This document shows, piece after piece, positions 1 through 9,561 of a DNA stretch of 30,823 nucleotides (positions are counted from its first letter, which is position 1; each line of letters starts with the position of its first letter). The DNA is taken from positions 1-30,823 of the forward strand of contig JBDRGF010000062.1 of the NCBI GenBank assembly GCA_043818055.1, in the 5' to 3' direction. The DNA is from Pseudomonadota bacterium. Lineage in GTDB: Bacteria > UBA10199 > 2-02-FULL-44-16 > JBDRGF01. The notes under the pieces are model-generated. The model was not told the origin of the DNA and ran no database searches. It worked only from the letters and a program-made list of their open reading frames with translations. Made by a program: the position numbers and the translations under genes.

Positions 1-201
1 ATATGGGATAGGGATGGTGAAAGAAGAGAGGATCCAAGGCTCGTTCAGCTCGCCTTAATACAGACATGTGGAAAAAAGGAGAATGTAAATCTTTTGGCAG
101 AAGTGCAAAACAAATCAGACTTTTTTGTCGCCATCAAAAAACAGGTCTCGAGACAGCTATTACAGCTGGGTAGAGATTTTTCAGCTATGCCGGAATATTG
201 A
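1..201 (+). CDS. 3' end of a hypothetical protein, truncated by the window edge
   Basis: Frame 1 is open from base 1 (IWDRDGERRED...RDFSAMPEY) to TGA at 199-201, just upstream of the next gene's AGGAGG RBS. Confidence 0.6.
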   Translation: MWDRDGERREDPRLVQLALIQTCGKKENVNLLAEVQNKSDFFVAIKKQVSRQLLQLGRDFSAMPEY

Positions 202-230
202 AGGATTGATATTTTTCAACAGGAGGTTTT

Positions 231-1358
231 ATGGCTGTGAATAGAATGAACAAACAAATTGCCTGGATACTTAAACAAAGGATGAAAAATGGTTTGATCA
301 ATAGCTATAAAGGCAACAAAGAGGATTTTGCCCATCTCTACGATCAGGCAGTTGCGATAATCGCGCTGATACACGCAGGAAAATATCCCGAAGCGAGGAG
401 AATCATCGACAGGCTCAGGCGCCTGCAAAATCGCGATGGCAGCTGGTATTCGTGTTACAACGGAAAAAATAAGAGATGTCTGCTTGGAAACCCTGATGAT
501 ATAGGGAGACATTCCGGCCCAATTGCATGGGTGCTTATGGCCTTGAATCTTTACGAGCACAAGACCAGGGATAAGAGATATGCCGCTATGATAAAGAAAA
601 TTTTGAACTGGCTCGAAGGCATGAGAAATAAAGACACATCTGAAGGCAATTTTGGTTCTTATAAATATGGCACAGAATCCCCATCTAAAAGGGTGAGCAC
701 AGAGCACAACTATGATATTTATTCGGCCCTGCGCTACAGGGCTATATTAAGCAAAGACCAAAATCTCTTATCTAAGGCAAAGTTGGTTAGAAGATATCTG
801 GTCAATAAAATGTGGGCGCCCTCTCCTACATCAAATGGTCCATATCGCACTGTCGCGGTTTTCTGGAGGGGTTACAAAGATTATCAATGGTGTACGGATC
901 CCCAGAGCTGGGGCGTTTTGGCTTTAGGAAACGCATTCAGGGGAGCCCTGATATGGTTGCACAGCAGGGGGTATAGCCCAATCTACCATAGGCGATATGG
1001 CAGCACACGTGTTGATAATCCGATGCTAATTGGAAATAAATTTGTTGATGGTTATTGCTTCTGCACTGAAAATGTTGTCGCACCCAACAAAAAATACCCG
1101 GCTTTTTGCGGTGGAAAATTTATCTGGCTGGAAGGCACTCTTGGAGTAGCCTCCGCATTTTATTTTATTGGAGATAATAGAAAAGGCGATTATTATTTTT
1201 CGCAGGCAACAAAGGTCGTTCTCCCCGATGGGGGGGTTCCATACTCCGTTTCAAATTTGGCGAGGAGATGGCCGTGCAACTATCGCTATGGTTCTCTTGC
1301 CTCAACGGGATGGTATTATCTGGTCCAACACAAATTCAATCCCTTTGCGCCGTTTTAG
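231..1358 (+). CDS. (alpha/alpha)-toroid, six-hairpin glycosidase-like protein, single domain
   Basis: AGGAGG RBS at 221-226. Motifs YDQAVAIIAL, LQNRDGSW, SGPIAWVLMAL, STEHN, TDPQSWGVL, WLEGT, DGGVPYS. Paralogous to both halves of 4448..6694 and to 30132..30572. Substrate unknown. Confidence 0.7.
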   Translation: MAVNRMNKQIAWILKQRMKNGLINSYKGNKEDFAHLYDQAVAIIALIHAGKYPEARRIIDRLRRLQNRDGSWYSCYNGKNKRCLLGNPDDIGRHSGPIAWVLMALNLYEHKTRDKRYAAMIKKILNWLEGMRNKDTSEGNFGSYKYGTESPSKRVSTEHNYDIYSALRYRAILSKDQNLLSKAKLVRRYLVNKMWAPSPTSNGPYRTVAVFWRGYKDYQWCTDPQSWGVLALGNAFRGALIWLHSRGYSPIYHRRYGSTRVDNPMLIGNKFVDGYCFCTENVVAPNKKYPAFCGGKFIWLEGTLGVASAFYFIGDNRKGDYYFSQATKVVLPDGGVPYSVSNLARRWPCNYRYGSLASTGWYYLVQHKFNPFAPF

Positions 1359-1386
1359 AAAAATCATTTAAAATCAAGCAGTTATA

Positions 1387-1447
1387 GGTCCACCAAAAGT
1401 GGTCCACTAAAGGTGGTCCATCAAAAGTGGTCCACTTTTAGTGGACT
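1387..1447. repeat. Four tandem 14-bp repeats (GGTCCA[CT]nnnnnGT), probable operator array
   Basis: GGTCCACCAAAAGT, GGTCCACTAAAGGT, GGTCCATCAAAAGT, GGTCCACTTTTAGT. The last unit extends into the inverted repeat GTCCACT-TTT-AGTGGAC. Lies directly upstream of the ATPase-wHTH gene. Confidence 0.85.
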
Positions 1448-1478
1448 ATGGTAAATTTTTGTGGTATGCAGCTACCGT

Positions 1479-2609
1479 ATGAAGGAACTCAAAATTTTTA
1501 GATATGATGTGTTGATAGACGAAAAAAACTTCTGCGACCGGGTTGGGGAGATCAAAGCGCTTGCAAAGCGCTCCCGGGATATGAAAAAAACGATTCTTTT
1601 CGCCCCCAGGAGATATGGAAAAACATCGCTTGTTCGAAATGTGGTCGGAAGCCGATACAAAAAAATGAGCTCAAATCATATGCTGGTCTATATCGACCTA
1701 ATGGATGTTCAGAGCTTTGAGTCCATAGCCCAGCGAATACAACAAAGCCTCTCAAAATCTCTGATCGAAAATTTCCCTGTGAAAACTCTGATAAAAAATG
1801 TTGCGGGTTTGATAAAAAACCTTTCAACTAATATAGAATTCGATCCGGTTTCCGGGATGCCGTCGATTGGATTTTCAATTAAAAATTTTGAGATTAAAAA
1901 TGGGTTGCAGCAACTGTTCGAGGCAATAAAGGAGCTTTCTAAGAAATATCATATGATGCTTGTATTGGATGAGTTTCATGATATTTCCTTTGTTCCAGAG
2001 GCCGAGGCTCTTTTCAGGGGTTTTTTGCAGGAATTGGACAGTACTACAGTATTCATTTTGGGTTCAAAGAAGCATTTGCTCAAGCTGATGTTTGAAAATG
2101 CAAATTCGCCGTTGTTCAATTATGGAGACGAAGTCCATCTTAATCCCATTTCTGTTGATGACTGGCTTTTCTATTTTCAAGAGCGCTTGTCTCAGGTCGA
2201 TGTGAAGATCGAAAAAGAGGAGATATCCTGGATTACTGAGCAGATGTGCGATGTCCCAAACGCGATATGTGAATTGGGGGCATGGCTCATGGAGAATTTT
2301 TCAAAGACAAAGCTGTCAACTAAGACGATAAAAAGTGAATTGTACAGGCTAGTCGATTCAAAACAGAGCTTTCATTACCTATTGCAGGGATATACGGAAA
2401 ACGAAAGAAATGTCCTTAGAAAACTTGCAGCAAACAGATATGTTTTAGAACCGCAGTCGATGTCTTTTTTGGATTCCCTAGGTATCCCAAAATCAAGTGT
2501 TGCAAAAATTCTAACGAAACTGATGGATTTGGGGGCAGTTGAATATGAACCCAATAAAGGATACAGAATCTCCGACCCCATACTTGGTTTTTTCCTGGCT
2601 ACACATTAG
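1479..2609 (+). CDS. P-loop ATPase (archaeal-ATPase/AAA-like) with C-terminal winged helix-turn-helix
   Basis: N-terminal FCDRVGEI, Walker A APRRYGKTS, Walker B LVLDEF, and a C-terminal wHTH-like segment (KSSVAKILTKLMDLGAVE...YRISDP). Start could be GTG 1461 or ATG 1479. Confidence 0.85.
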   Translation: MKELKIFRYDVLIDEKNFCDRVGEIKALAKRSRDMKKTILFAPRRYGKTSLVRNVVGSRYKKMSSNHMLVYIDLMDVQSFESIAQRIQQSLSKSLIENFPVKTLIKNVAGLIKNLSTNIEFDPVSGMPSIGFSIKNFEIKNGLQQLFEAIKELSKKYHMMLVLDEFHDISFVPEAEALFRGFLQELDSTTVFILGSKKHLLKLMFENANSPLFNYGDEVHLNPISVDDWLFYFQERLSQVDVKIEKEEISWITEQMCDVPNAICELGAWLMENFSKTKLSTKTIKSELYRLVDSKQSFHYLLQGYTENERNVLRKLAANRYVLEPQSMSFLDSLGIPKSSVAKILTKLMDLGAVEYEPNKGYRISDPILGFFLATH

Positions 2610-2637
2610 ATTGATATGGATATTCTATGGATGAAGT

Positions 2638-2842
2638 AATCCCTCTTATACCCAAATGCAGAGCTGGCTGATTCATAGCATCTATTATTCGCGTCTTAAC
2701 TTTGTCGTCTCGCCTCGTCCGTTATCTCTTGTCCGCGGAGTCCCATTGTCTCTGCAATCAGCGGTATCGTTGTGCTTGCAAACACTTTCACTTCTCTTTC
2801 GTCCGGAAATTCTTTTTCAAGTTCCTCTATCTCTCTAACTCT
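2638..2842 (-). pseudogene. Frameshifted internal fragment of an IS66-family-like transposase
   Basis: Minus strand reads RVREIEELEKEFPDEREVKVFASTTIPLIAETMGLRGQEITDE, then after a frameshift KVKTRIIDAMNQPALHLGIRGI. This resembles, from memory, the segment following CxAHLLR in a subgroup of IS66 transposases. Confidence 0.55.
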
Positions 2843-2885
2843 CTAAGACTGAGGAATTACGTTTTACCAATAGAAAAATCACTCA

Positions 2886-2899
2886 AGGAAGCGCTTCCT
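2886..2899. promoter_or_regulatory. Palindromic operator AGGAAGCGCTTCCT (LacI-family-like)
   Basis: Perfect 14-bp palindrome about 80 bp upstream of ATG 2978. The same core recurs at 11461 and 15269, with a variant at 6787. Confidence 0.75.
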
Positions 2900-2977
2900 G
2901 ACATATGTATATGGCCCGGGATTAGGCCTGCGATCAATTATGAAAACAGCAGATATTTAAACAAGAAAGGAGATCAT

Positions 2978-4432
2978 ATGGTAATTGGAGGAAGACCGAT
3001 AGGTTTTATGTCGAAGAGGTTTGTTGGCATAGATTCAGCTGGTAAATTTGATCTATCATCATATCATCCGGAGATTTTTGAAAACGCAGCCTCTGATTCT
3101 AATAGAGCTTTTTTGAATCATTTTAATGTTAATGTCCCAAAGCTTTTCTGTTCTGGTGTCGTTTCAAATCCGCAGCTTGTAAACAAAGAAGAAAAAGACA
3201 AGTGGATTGATAAACATAAGGCTCTTTTTTTAAAAATTGGTGCAGGCCTGGGGTTAAGCTATGATGGGTCAATAACTGTGACTTGCAATGATAATTTTTC
3301 ATTGAAAAAATTGGCCGGATTAGATGCGTCTCGAAATATCGATTCAATATCAGTAAGCAGTTTTAACATTTGGAAGGATGAAATAATTACTTTTTCAAAA
3401 AGTACTAATTTTCCACAGCTAAAAGAATTGGCGTTTTATTCCCATGGCCTCGACGCTAAACTGGTGGGTATATTAGCAAGAAGTCCCAATTTGAAGAACC
3501 TCGCTTCATTGTCTTTTTTCGGGAAGTTCATCGGCACAGAAGGAGTAAAAGCAATAGCTCAAAGCTCTTATTTGGAAAATCTAACTGAGCTTCATCTGTA
3601 CGATGACAGAATCGAAGATGAAGGCGCAAAGGCGATAGCTCAAAGCCCTTTCTTACAAAATCTCAGATCTCTGTCTTTGACCCGTTGCGACATCGGCGAT
3701 GAAGGAGCAAGGGCTATGATAGAAAGTCGTAATTTGAAGAACCTCATATCATTAAATTTAAATTCCAATTACATTAGCTGCAAAGGCGTTAGCTTTCTTG
3801 CAAACAGCCCTAATCTTGCTCAACTGGAACATTTATCTATGGGCGACAACCATATCGGAATCGGTGATGAAGGAGCAAGGGCATTGGCAAAGAGCGTTTA
3901 CATTGGGAATTTGACACATTTGGATTTGACTCGTAACGGCATTGGAGATGAGGGAGTGATTGCGATAGTCCAGAGTCCACAATTGAAAAACCTTACTTAC
4001 TTGGATTTATGCTATAATAAAATAGGAGATGAGGGAGCAGCGACGTTGGCAGAAAGTCCCCTTTTAAAATATGCGTGTTCGCAAGAAAAGTCTCTTTCTT
4101 TGCGCGATAATCAAATCGGAGATAAAGGCGCAAAGGCGATAGCTCAAAGCCCTTACATTGCCGAATTGGAGTCCCTGTGTTTGAATGGAAACCGGATAGG
4201 AGATGAAGGTGCAATCGCTCTTGCAAATAGCCCTCATCTTGAATTTTTAAGCAGTTTGTTTTTAAGTCAAAACCAGGTTGGCGGCGAAGGCATAATGACC
4301 ATAATTGAAAGTCCGTATTTAAAAAATCTCAAGTCATTATATATTCGGGGGGATAATCTCAGTCGTGAGGAATGGGAACTGATAAGGCGTTGCGAAAGAT
4401 TCAAAAAAGATTTTTCCATATTAACATATTAG
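2978..4432 (+). CDS. Leucine-rich repeat protein (28-aa RI/GALA-like repeats) with N-terminal companion domain
   Basis: About 11 repeats of the form LxNLxxLxLxxNxIGDEGAxA[IL]AxSPx. AAAGGAG RBS precedes ATG 2978. The ORF-track start at 2702 runs through the IS remnant and operator. Confidence 0.9.
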   Translation: MVIGGRPIGFMSKRFVGIDSAGKFDLSSYHPEIFENAASDSNRAFLNHFNVNVPKLFCSGVVSNPQLVNKEEKDKWIDKHKALFLKIGAGLGLSYDGSITVTCNDNFSLKKLAGLDASRNIDSISVSSFNIWKDEIITFSKSTNFPQLKELAFYSHGLDAKLVGILARSPNLKNLASLSFFGKFIGTEGVKAIAQSSYLENLTELHLYDDRIEDEGAKAIAQSPFLQNLRSLSLTRCDIGDEGARAMIESRNLKNLISLNLNSNYISCKGVSFLANSPNLAQLEHLSMGDNHIGIGDEGARALAKSVYIGNLTHLDLTRNGIGDEGVIAIVQSPQLKNLTYLDLCYNKIGDEGAATLAESPLLKYACSQEKSLSLRDNQIGDKGAKAIAQSPYIAELESLCLNGNRIGDEGAIALANSPHLEFLSSLFLSQNQVGGEGIMTIIESPYLKNLKSLYIRGDNLSREEWELIRRCERFKKDFSILTY

Positions 4433-4447
4433 CTGTATTGCAGTATT

Positions 4448-6694
4448 TTAGGGGTGGAATGGATTTATCTTCCTTTTAACAAGATAGTACAATGCAGTCG
4501 AGGCGGCAGATTCATATGGGTAATGACACGGCCAGCGTTTTTTTCCAGATGATATAGTGTAAGGAACGCCTCCTGATGGTCGAACTGCCTTTGTGACCTG
4601 TCTGAAAAAATAGTCTCCCATCTTTTTGTTGCCTACAGAATAGAAGGCAGCTGCAACGCCAAGGGTACCCTCCAGCCAGACGAACAGCTTCCCACAATAT
4701 TCAGCCCTCTTTGATCGTTTTACAAGATTTTCACGGCAGAAACTAAAACCATCGATGCGTCTTTTCTTATTTCTGGTGCTATTTCTTAGATGTAATAACC
4801 ACTTAAGGGCATCCTGATAACTTTTTCCAAGTGACAACACTCCCCAGCTTTGTGTATCCGTGCACATTTCATAATCACGATATCCTCTAGAAAAGACCTT
4901 TGCTGAAAGCCATGTGTGATTATGCAAAAAGCTTTTTATATTGTTAGCATATCCAATTAGTCTTTTGTCTTTATTGAGCAGGCCTCTGTAGTAAAAAGCA
5001 GAATAGGCATCGTGATTATGTTCAACGCTTATGACAATCTTTCTATTTTTATCGACAGTTGTTGAAAATTTAAGTGCACCTTTATGATGGCCATTCAAAT
5101 AGCGCATGCGATTCAACCATCCGACTATCCTGTTAGCCATATTCTTGTATCTTCTATCCCCTGTCTTTTTTTCATAGAAATTGAGCGCCATGAGAACCCA
5201 TGCGACAGGCCCAGTATCAGCGTTTGCCGGAAAAGCTGAATAACAACTCAACAATCCCCCATCTGATGTTTGAAGCCTCTGTAGAGCATCTATGATTGAT
5301 CTTGCATCATCAAGACGTCCTGCAGCAGTCAGAGCTATTATCGCCACTGCCTGATCATAGGTGTGTGATGTCGGCTTATTCCATTTGCCTGTTCCTTTAT
5401 AACTCGATAGAAGCCCCATGCAGTTTTTTTGTCGTAAGAGCCAGCGGATCTGTTTGTCCCTGACTTTCGATATTTTGCGAAGTGCAGCTTTGTTAAGGGG
5501 AGGACAGGTGTTTCTGATGATACCAAATTTGCGCTGCATTCTACGATTTATTTTAAAAGGGGCGAATGGGTTGATTCTTCTTTTGGCCAGATAATACCAT
5601 GCAGTTGCTGATAATGACTCCCTTTGATAATTGCAAGGCCATATTGGCGAAGCCCTTGATACAGAATATAGTACTGAGCCATTTGACTGGACTGTTTTTC
5701 TCACTTGATTCAGAAAATAGTTTCCCTTCCTATTATTTCCGACAGAGTAATAGGCTAGAGCGAGTCTTGCTGTTTCGCCAAAACCGACAAAGAGTTGCTT
5801 ACAATTTGGTATATCCTCTCTGCACGAACTGACACCTTCAATAGATATTCTTCTTCCTTTAATTTTAACTCTTGTGCTATTTGGTCTGAAAAACCAATTC
5901 AACGATTTTTTGAACCTTGGACTTAACGTCAGGGCACCTGTGCTCTGAGGATTGCTGCACATCTCATAATCACGATATCCCCGTGAAAAAACATTACCAG
6001 GGAGCCACGTTCTTTTTTCTAAATATTTATAAGCTCGATTTGCATGTTGTATCAACGATCTGTCATTGTTTATTATTCCCCGATACAACATTGCCGAGTA
6101 ATAAACTTGATTATCCTCTGTGCTGACTCTTGTTTTAGTTCCAATATTGATTGGAATACGCCGTCCATCTCCTCCATACCCAATGCGTCGCACCGGATGA
6201 CCCATTGCTCCGAAATACGGTTCATCTAAATGTATAAACCTCTTCAACCAATTGATGATAAGTCTTGCCATCGGCCTGTATCCTTTGTCTTTTGTTTTAG
6301 CTTCATAATAATTAAGAGCAGCTAAAACCATTACTATTGGGCCATTTTCAACGCCTCTTTCGCAACCTTTTCTTCTCAAGTAAAAAGGGCCAATAGGCGC
6401 ATAACATTTAATCCATCCACCAAATGGACTCTGAAATCTCTTGAGTGCATTGATCAGTGATCTCGCATCATCAAGACGTCCAGCAGCAGTAAATGCCATA
6501 ATTGCTAGAGCTTGATCATATATGTATGATTCAAATCGCCGCCAGCCTTCGTATGATGTTCCGTAGCTATTGAGGAGTCCAATGCAGGTCTTTTGCTTGA
6601 GCATCCATCTAATTTGAGGATCTTTTTCTTTTGCCGCCTTTGCCAGATATAATCGACTTGGAGGATTACAACCCAATTTTCTAATCTTTGACAT
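4448..6694 (-). CDS. Tandem two-domain (alpha/alpha)-toroid glycosidase-like protein
   Basis: Two copies of QIRW[ML]LxQ...YDQA...AAGRLDDARS...INPF. DNA duplication is visible (GCATCATCAAGACGTCC at about 5304 and 6465). Both halves are paralogous to 231..1358. Confidence 0.75.
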   Translation of the reverse strand: MSKIRKLGCNPPSRLYLAKAAKEKDPQIRWMLKQKTCIGLLNSYGTSYEGWRRFESYIYDQALAIMAFTAAGRLDDARSLINALKRFQSPFGGWIKCYAPIGPFYLRRKGCERGVENGPIVMVLAALNYYEAKTKDKGYRPMARLIINWLKRFIHLDEPYFGAMGHPVRRIGYGGDGRRIPINIGTKTRVSTEDNQVYYSAMLYRGIINNDRSLIQHANRAYKYLEKRTWLPGNVFSRGYRDYEMCSNPQSTGALTLSPRFKKSLNWFFRPNSTRVKIKGRRISIEGVSSCREDIPNCKQLFVGFGETARLALAYYSVGNNRKGNYFLNQVRKTVQSNGSVLYSVSRASPIWPCNYQRESLSATAWYYLAKRRINPFAPFKINRRMQRKFGIIRNTCPPLNKAALRKISKVRDKQIRWLLRQKNCMGLLSSYKGTGKWNKPTSHTYDQAVAIIALTAAGRLDDARSIIDALQRLQTSDGGLLSCYSAFPANADTGPVAWVLMALNFYEKKTGDRRYKNMANRIVGWLNRMRYLNGHHKGALKFSTTVDKNRKIVISVEHNHDAYSAFYYRGLLNKDKRLIGYANNIKSFLHNHTWLSAKVFSRGYRDYEMCTDTQSWGVLSLGKSYQDALKWLLHLRNSTRNKKRRIDGFSFCRENLVKRSKRAEYCGKLFVWLEGTLGVAAAFYSVGNKKMGDYFFRQVTKAVRPSGGVPYTISSGKKRWPCHYPYESAASTALYYLVKRKINPFHP

Positions 6695-6786
6695 ATAAAC
6701 CCCTTTTGTACAGAAATAATAGTTGGCCGCAAACCTACATTCTATAACGATTTAAAGCAAATGTATTTTTTTGTGATCATATTTCA

Positions 6787-6798
6787 GGTAACGCTTCC
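6787..6798. promoter_or_regulatory. Variant operator GGTAACGCTTCC in a divergent intergenic region
   Basis: 10/12 match to GGAAGCGCTTCC and preceded by CA, as at 11461 and 15269. Lies between the divergent starts 6694(-) and 6821(+). Confidence 0.55.
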
Positions 6799-6820
6799 CG
6801 GACGCTGTATGGAGGGAAAC

Positions 6821-8464
6821 TTGAGAAAGAACGGGATTGCAGATCCAATTTTCTGGAATGGGTCGGTCTTTGACCGATCTACTGTTCGAAGTGCTTGTGA
6901 TATCTATAGCCATAAATTGGATGAACGCATCAAGCTTGAAGGTCATGCAAGATCGTTATCTCGTGTAGATCAAGTTATTAATGGCAGCAAAAGTGAGTTT
7001 AAAAGTCAGATTGCTACAAAAAGCGATAATTACCTAATTCGCGACTGTTATAAATTTCTTTCAGAAATTAGAAGATTCTCTAGACCTATGGATTCTATTT
7101 TGTGGAAAAATCCTCTAAATATCAAAGGAAGAGATCGAATAGAAATGATATTGAAAGAGGCTGTTTTAAAAAAATCTCAACAATTTATGTCGGTTTATCC
7201 AAGAGTGCTGGGGGAATGCAGCGATGATAGTGCTCTTTCAATATTGGAGGAGTGTTTCAATAATCCCAATACAATGGTCTCAGCAATAGATGGTGTTAGA
7301 AATATTGCCTCTCCTGTGGCAATTGAATCTTTGCGTAAGTTATTAAAACTTTCGAATCCGATGCATTTGACAAGAGTTGCTCAAAGTTTAAGCCTTTTGG
7401 GAGATAGCAAAACGGTTCAGATTTATAAAGAGATTATAGACCGCTGTCTAATTGACGATCATTTCTCAAATATATTTTCGGCAGTTTATTCAGCTAAAAT
7501 AGTTTGTGCGGCAAATGATGAATCCGGATTTAATTTTTTGAAAAAGTTAGCACATTCAATCAATGAAAATGTTCGGGCAATTGCCCTTGCTGAAATGTGC
7601 GAATTAGAAGATCCCAGATTTTTGCCTGTAGCAAATAATTTACTTAATGATGAAAATTCTTTAGTTCGTGCAATGGCAGTTCAATATCTTTCGAGATTTG
7701 ATGATGATTGGTTGTCAAAGCTTGAAAAGATGCTTAAGGATAAATCTCCTGATGTTCGTGAGGCGGCAGTGGAGGGTTTTCAATACAGAAAAGAGGCTAA
7801 CTCGGTTTACTGTTTATCTGGAATTATTAATGATAAAAGTTATAATGTCCGAATCGCAGCAATTCATGCCCTTGCAGCAATAGCTGATGAATCAGCTATT
7901 GAAATAATCTATCAGGCTATGAAAGATAAAGAAATGAGTGTTCGATATATGGCTAAGCGAACCCTTGAATTGCTCGGCGTTGCAGATTCGCGTACAATTT
8001 TGATGAATGAAATCAGATGTCAGGGTCCGATTATTATTTCGCCATGTGAAGCAATAAAAAGTCTGGGTGAGAATGCAGCAAGCGATTGTATTCCAGAATT
8101 CTTCAGATTTCTTAAAGAACATGATGGGTTAGATTCTTTTCTTGTCAAGCCTGAGGCGATCAAATCGATAGCGAAATTAGGCAACGCTGATTTAATACCA
8201 TCAATTGAAGTATATCTCTATGATTCATGTGAAGAGGTTACTAAGGCTGCAATTCATGGCCTCATTATGCTGGGGGCTGAAGAGCTATTTCAAGACTATT
8301 TGCACAGCAATGTTTTTTTAAAGTCGCTCATAGGAGCGATAGGTCTTGTTGGAACAGGACTTGTGAGGAGTGTTTGTTATTTTTTGGAACCTAGTGAATT
8401 TTCAAATATACAAAAAAAATGGGTGGATGAGTCTGAGGAAATAATTTTTAATGAAAATTACTGA
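6821..8464 (+). CDS. HEAT-repeat protein of the local leader/cap family
   Basis: PBS-lyase-type HEAT repeats (LNDENSLVRAMAV, LKDKSPDVREAAV, INDKSYNVRIAAI). GGAGG at 6811-6815 favours TTG 6821 as start, which aligns the leader Trp with paralogs. Ends WVDESEEIIFNENY. Confidence 0.85.
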   Translation: MRKNGIADPIFWNGSVFDRSTVRSACDIYSHKLDERIKLEGHARSLSRVDQVINGSKSEFKSQIATKSDNYLIRDCYKFLSEIRRFSRPMDSILWKNPLNIKGRDRIEMILKEAVLKKSQQFMSVYPRVLGECSDDSALSILEECFNNPNTMVSAIDGVRNIASPVAIESLRKLLKLSNPMHLTRVAQSLSLLGDSKTVQIYKEIIDRCLIDDHFSNIFSAVYSAKIVCAANDESGFNFLKKLAHSINENVRAIALAEMCELEDPRFLPVANNLLNDENSLVRAMAVQYLSRFDDDWLSKLEKMLKDKSPDVREAAVEGFQYRKEANSVYCLSGIINDKSYNVRIAAIHALAAIADESAIEIIYQAMKDKEMSVRYMAKRTLELLGVADSRTILMNEIRCQGPIIISPCEAIKSLGENAASDCIPEFFRFLKEHDGLDSFLVKPEAIKSIAKLGNADLIPSIEVYLYDSCEEVTKAAIHGLIMLGAEELFQDYLHSNVFLKSLIGAIGLVGTGLVRSVCYFLEPSEFSNIQKKWVDESEEIIFNENY

Positions 8465-9503
8465 TTGGATGCGTCAGATAATTTATCCCATTACCTTGGA
8501 TGCGAATGATCTTAAGCAGACATCTTTTATAGGATCCCTTCCAAAAACCGATGCTCTGCTCATCGGTCCGACAGAATCAGTGGGAAATTCACTCTTTCGG
8601 TTCACAAAAAAATCAAATGAAGAATGGGTTAAAACTGCGAGCCCTGTTTTTAAAAGGCACAATGCAAAGATATCAATCGATAGTGAAGATGGTTTGATAA
8701 CTGTCGAAAACGATGATTACACAAATTCCAGCAATTTTATATTAAATGAAAGTTTTTTAAAACTGAAAGAGCTCAATAGGGTTGAGTCTTTGGACCTGAC
8801 CAATGTATGCATAGGAGACGAGGAAGTGAAGGCTTTAGCAGGATGTCCATATCTCACAGGCTTGAAAAAACTAAATTTGTTTAGAAATGAGATAAGCAAT
8901 AAAGGGGTTTTAGAATTATCCAAGAGCCCGCTCTTAGCGCGTTTAGTAAGTTTGCGATTGGATTGGAATAACATAGGAAATTTAGGTGCGTCTGCGTTGG
9001 CAGCTACCTCGACTCTTTCAGAATTGAGTTTGGGTTGTAATAGTATAGGTAATAAGGGCGCGATTTCCCTGGCATTTAGCCCTTATTTTAGATGTTTAAG
9101 AGAGTTAGATTTGTGGTACAACAGGATTGCTGATAAAGGAATAATAGCTTTAACAAAAAGTCCACACCTGGAACGGTTGACCGATCTGAACTTGGATCAA
9201 AACAGGATGGGAGATAAAGGCGAAAAGGCATATCGTCGCTGGGAGATTCTTCGCGATGTGCGTTTTGGATGTGAAGGTTCAACAGAAAATCTGGTCGAAT
9301 ATCTTAAAGAGGATTGCAATTTTTTAGAAAAGGTTCGTTCAATTAGGGCACAATATCGATCAAACGTTCAAATTGCCAGGGTTTTTCATATGCTATCATC
9401 ATCAGGATTGTTAACTACAAAAGAAAAGGGAATCATTTTAGACATTCTATATTCAAAACCTTTGTCCTGGAGAGCGGAGACGGAGGAGGGGCTATTCATA
9501 TAG
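8451..9503 (+). CDS. Leucine-rich repeat protein (RI/GALA-like) with helical C-terminal domain
   Basis: About 6 LRRs (LKKLNLFRNEISNKG, LRELDLWYNRIADKG). Overlaps the upstream HEAT gene by 14 nt. Ends WRAETEEGLFI. Confidence 0.88.
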   Translation: MKITDWMRQIIYPITLDANDLKQTSFIGSLPKTDALLIGPTESVGNSLFRFTKKSNEEWVKTASPVFKRHNAKISIDSEDGLITVENDDYTNSSNFILNESFLKLKELNRVESLDLTNVCIGDEEVKALAGCPYLTGLKKLNLFRNEISNKGVLELSKSPLLARLVSLRLDWNNIGNLGASALAATSTLSELSLGCNSIGNKGAISLAFSPYFRCLRELDLWYNRIADKGIIALTKSPHLERLTDLNLDQNRMGDKGEKAYRRWEILRDVRFGCEGSTENLVEYLKEDCNFLEKVRSIRAQYRSNVQIARVFHMLSSSGLLTTKEKGIILDILYSKPLSWRAETEEGLFI

Positions 9504-9561
9504 TATGTATAAAAGAAAATTACATTTTAAAAATGCATTATAAGCCCTCTGGCGTTTGAAA

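Noticed and set aside
1387..1447. Possible CRISPR array
   Set aside because: The units are 14 bp and contiguous, with no unique spacers and no cas genes.
2702..2977. N-terminal extension of the LRR ORF in the ORF track
   Set aside because: It overlaps the antisense IS remnant and the operator. A strong RBS supports ATG 2978.
6761..6820. ORF-track start of the HEAT gene
   Set aside because: It spans the operator. TTG 6821 has a GGAGG RBS and aligns with paralog leaders.
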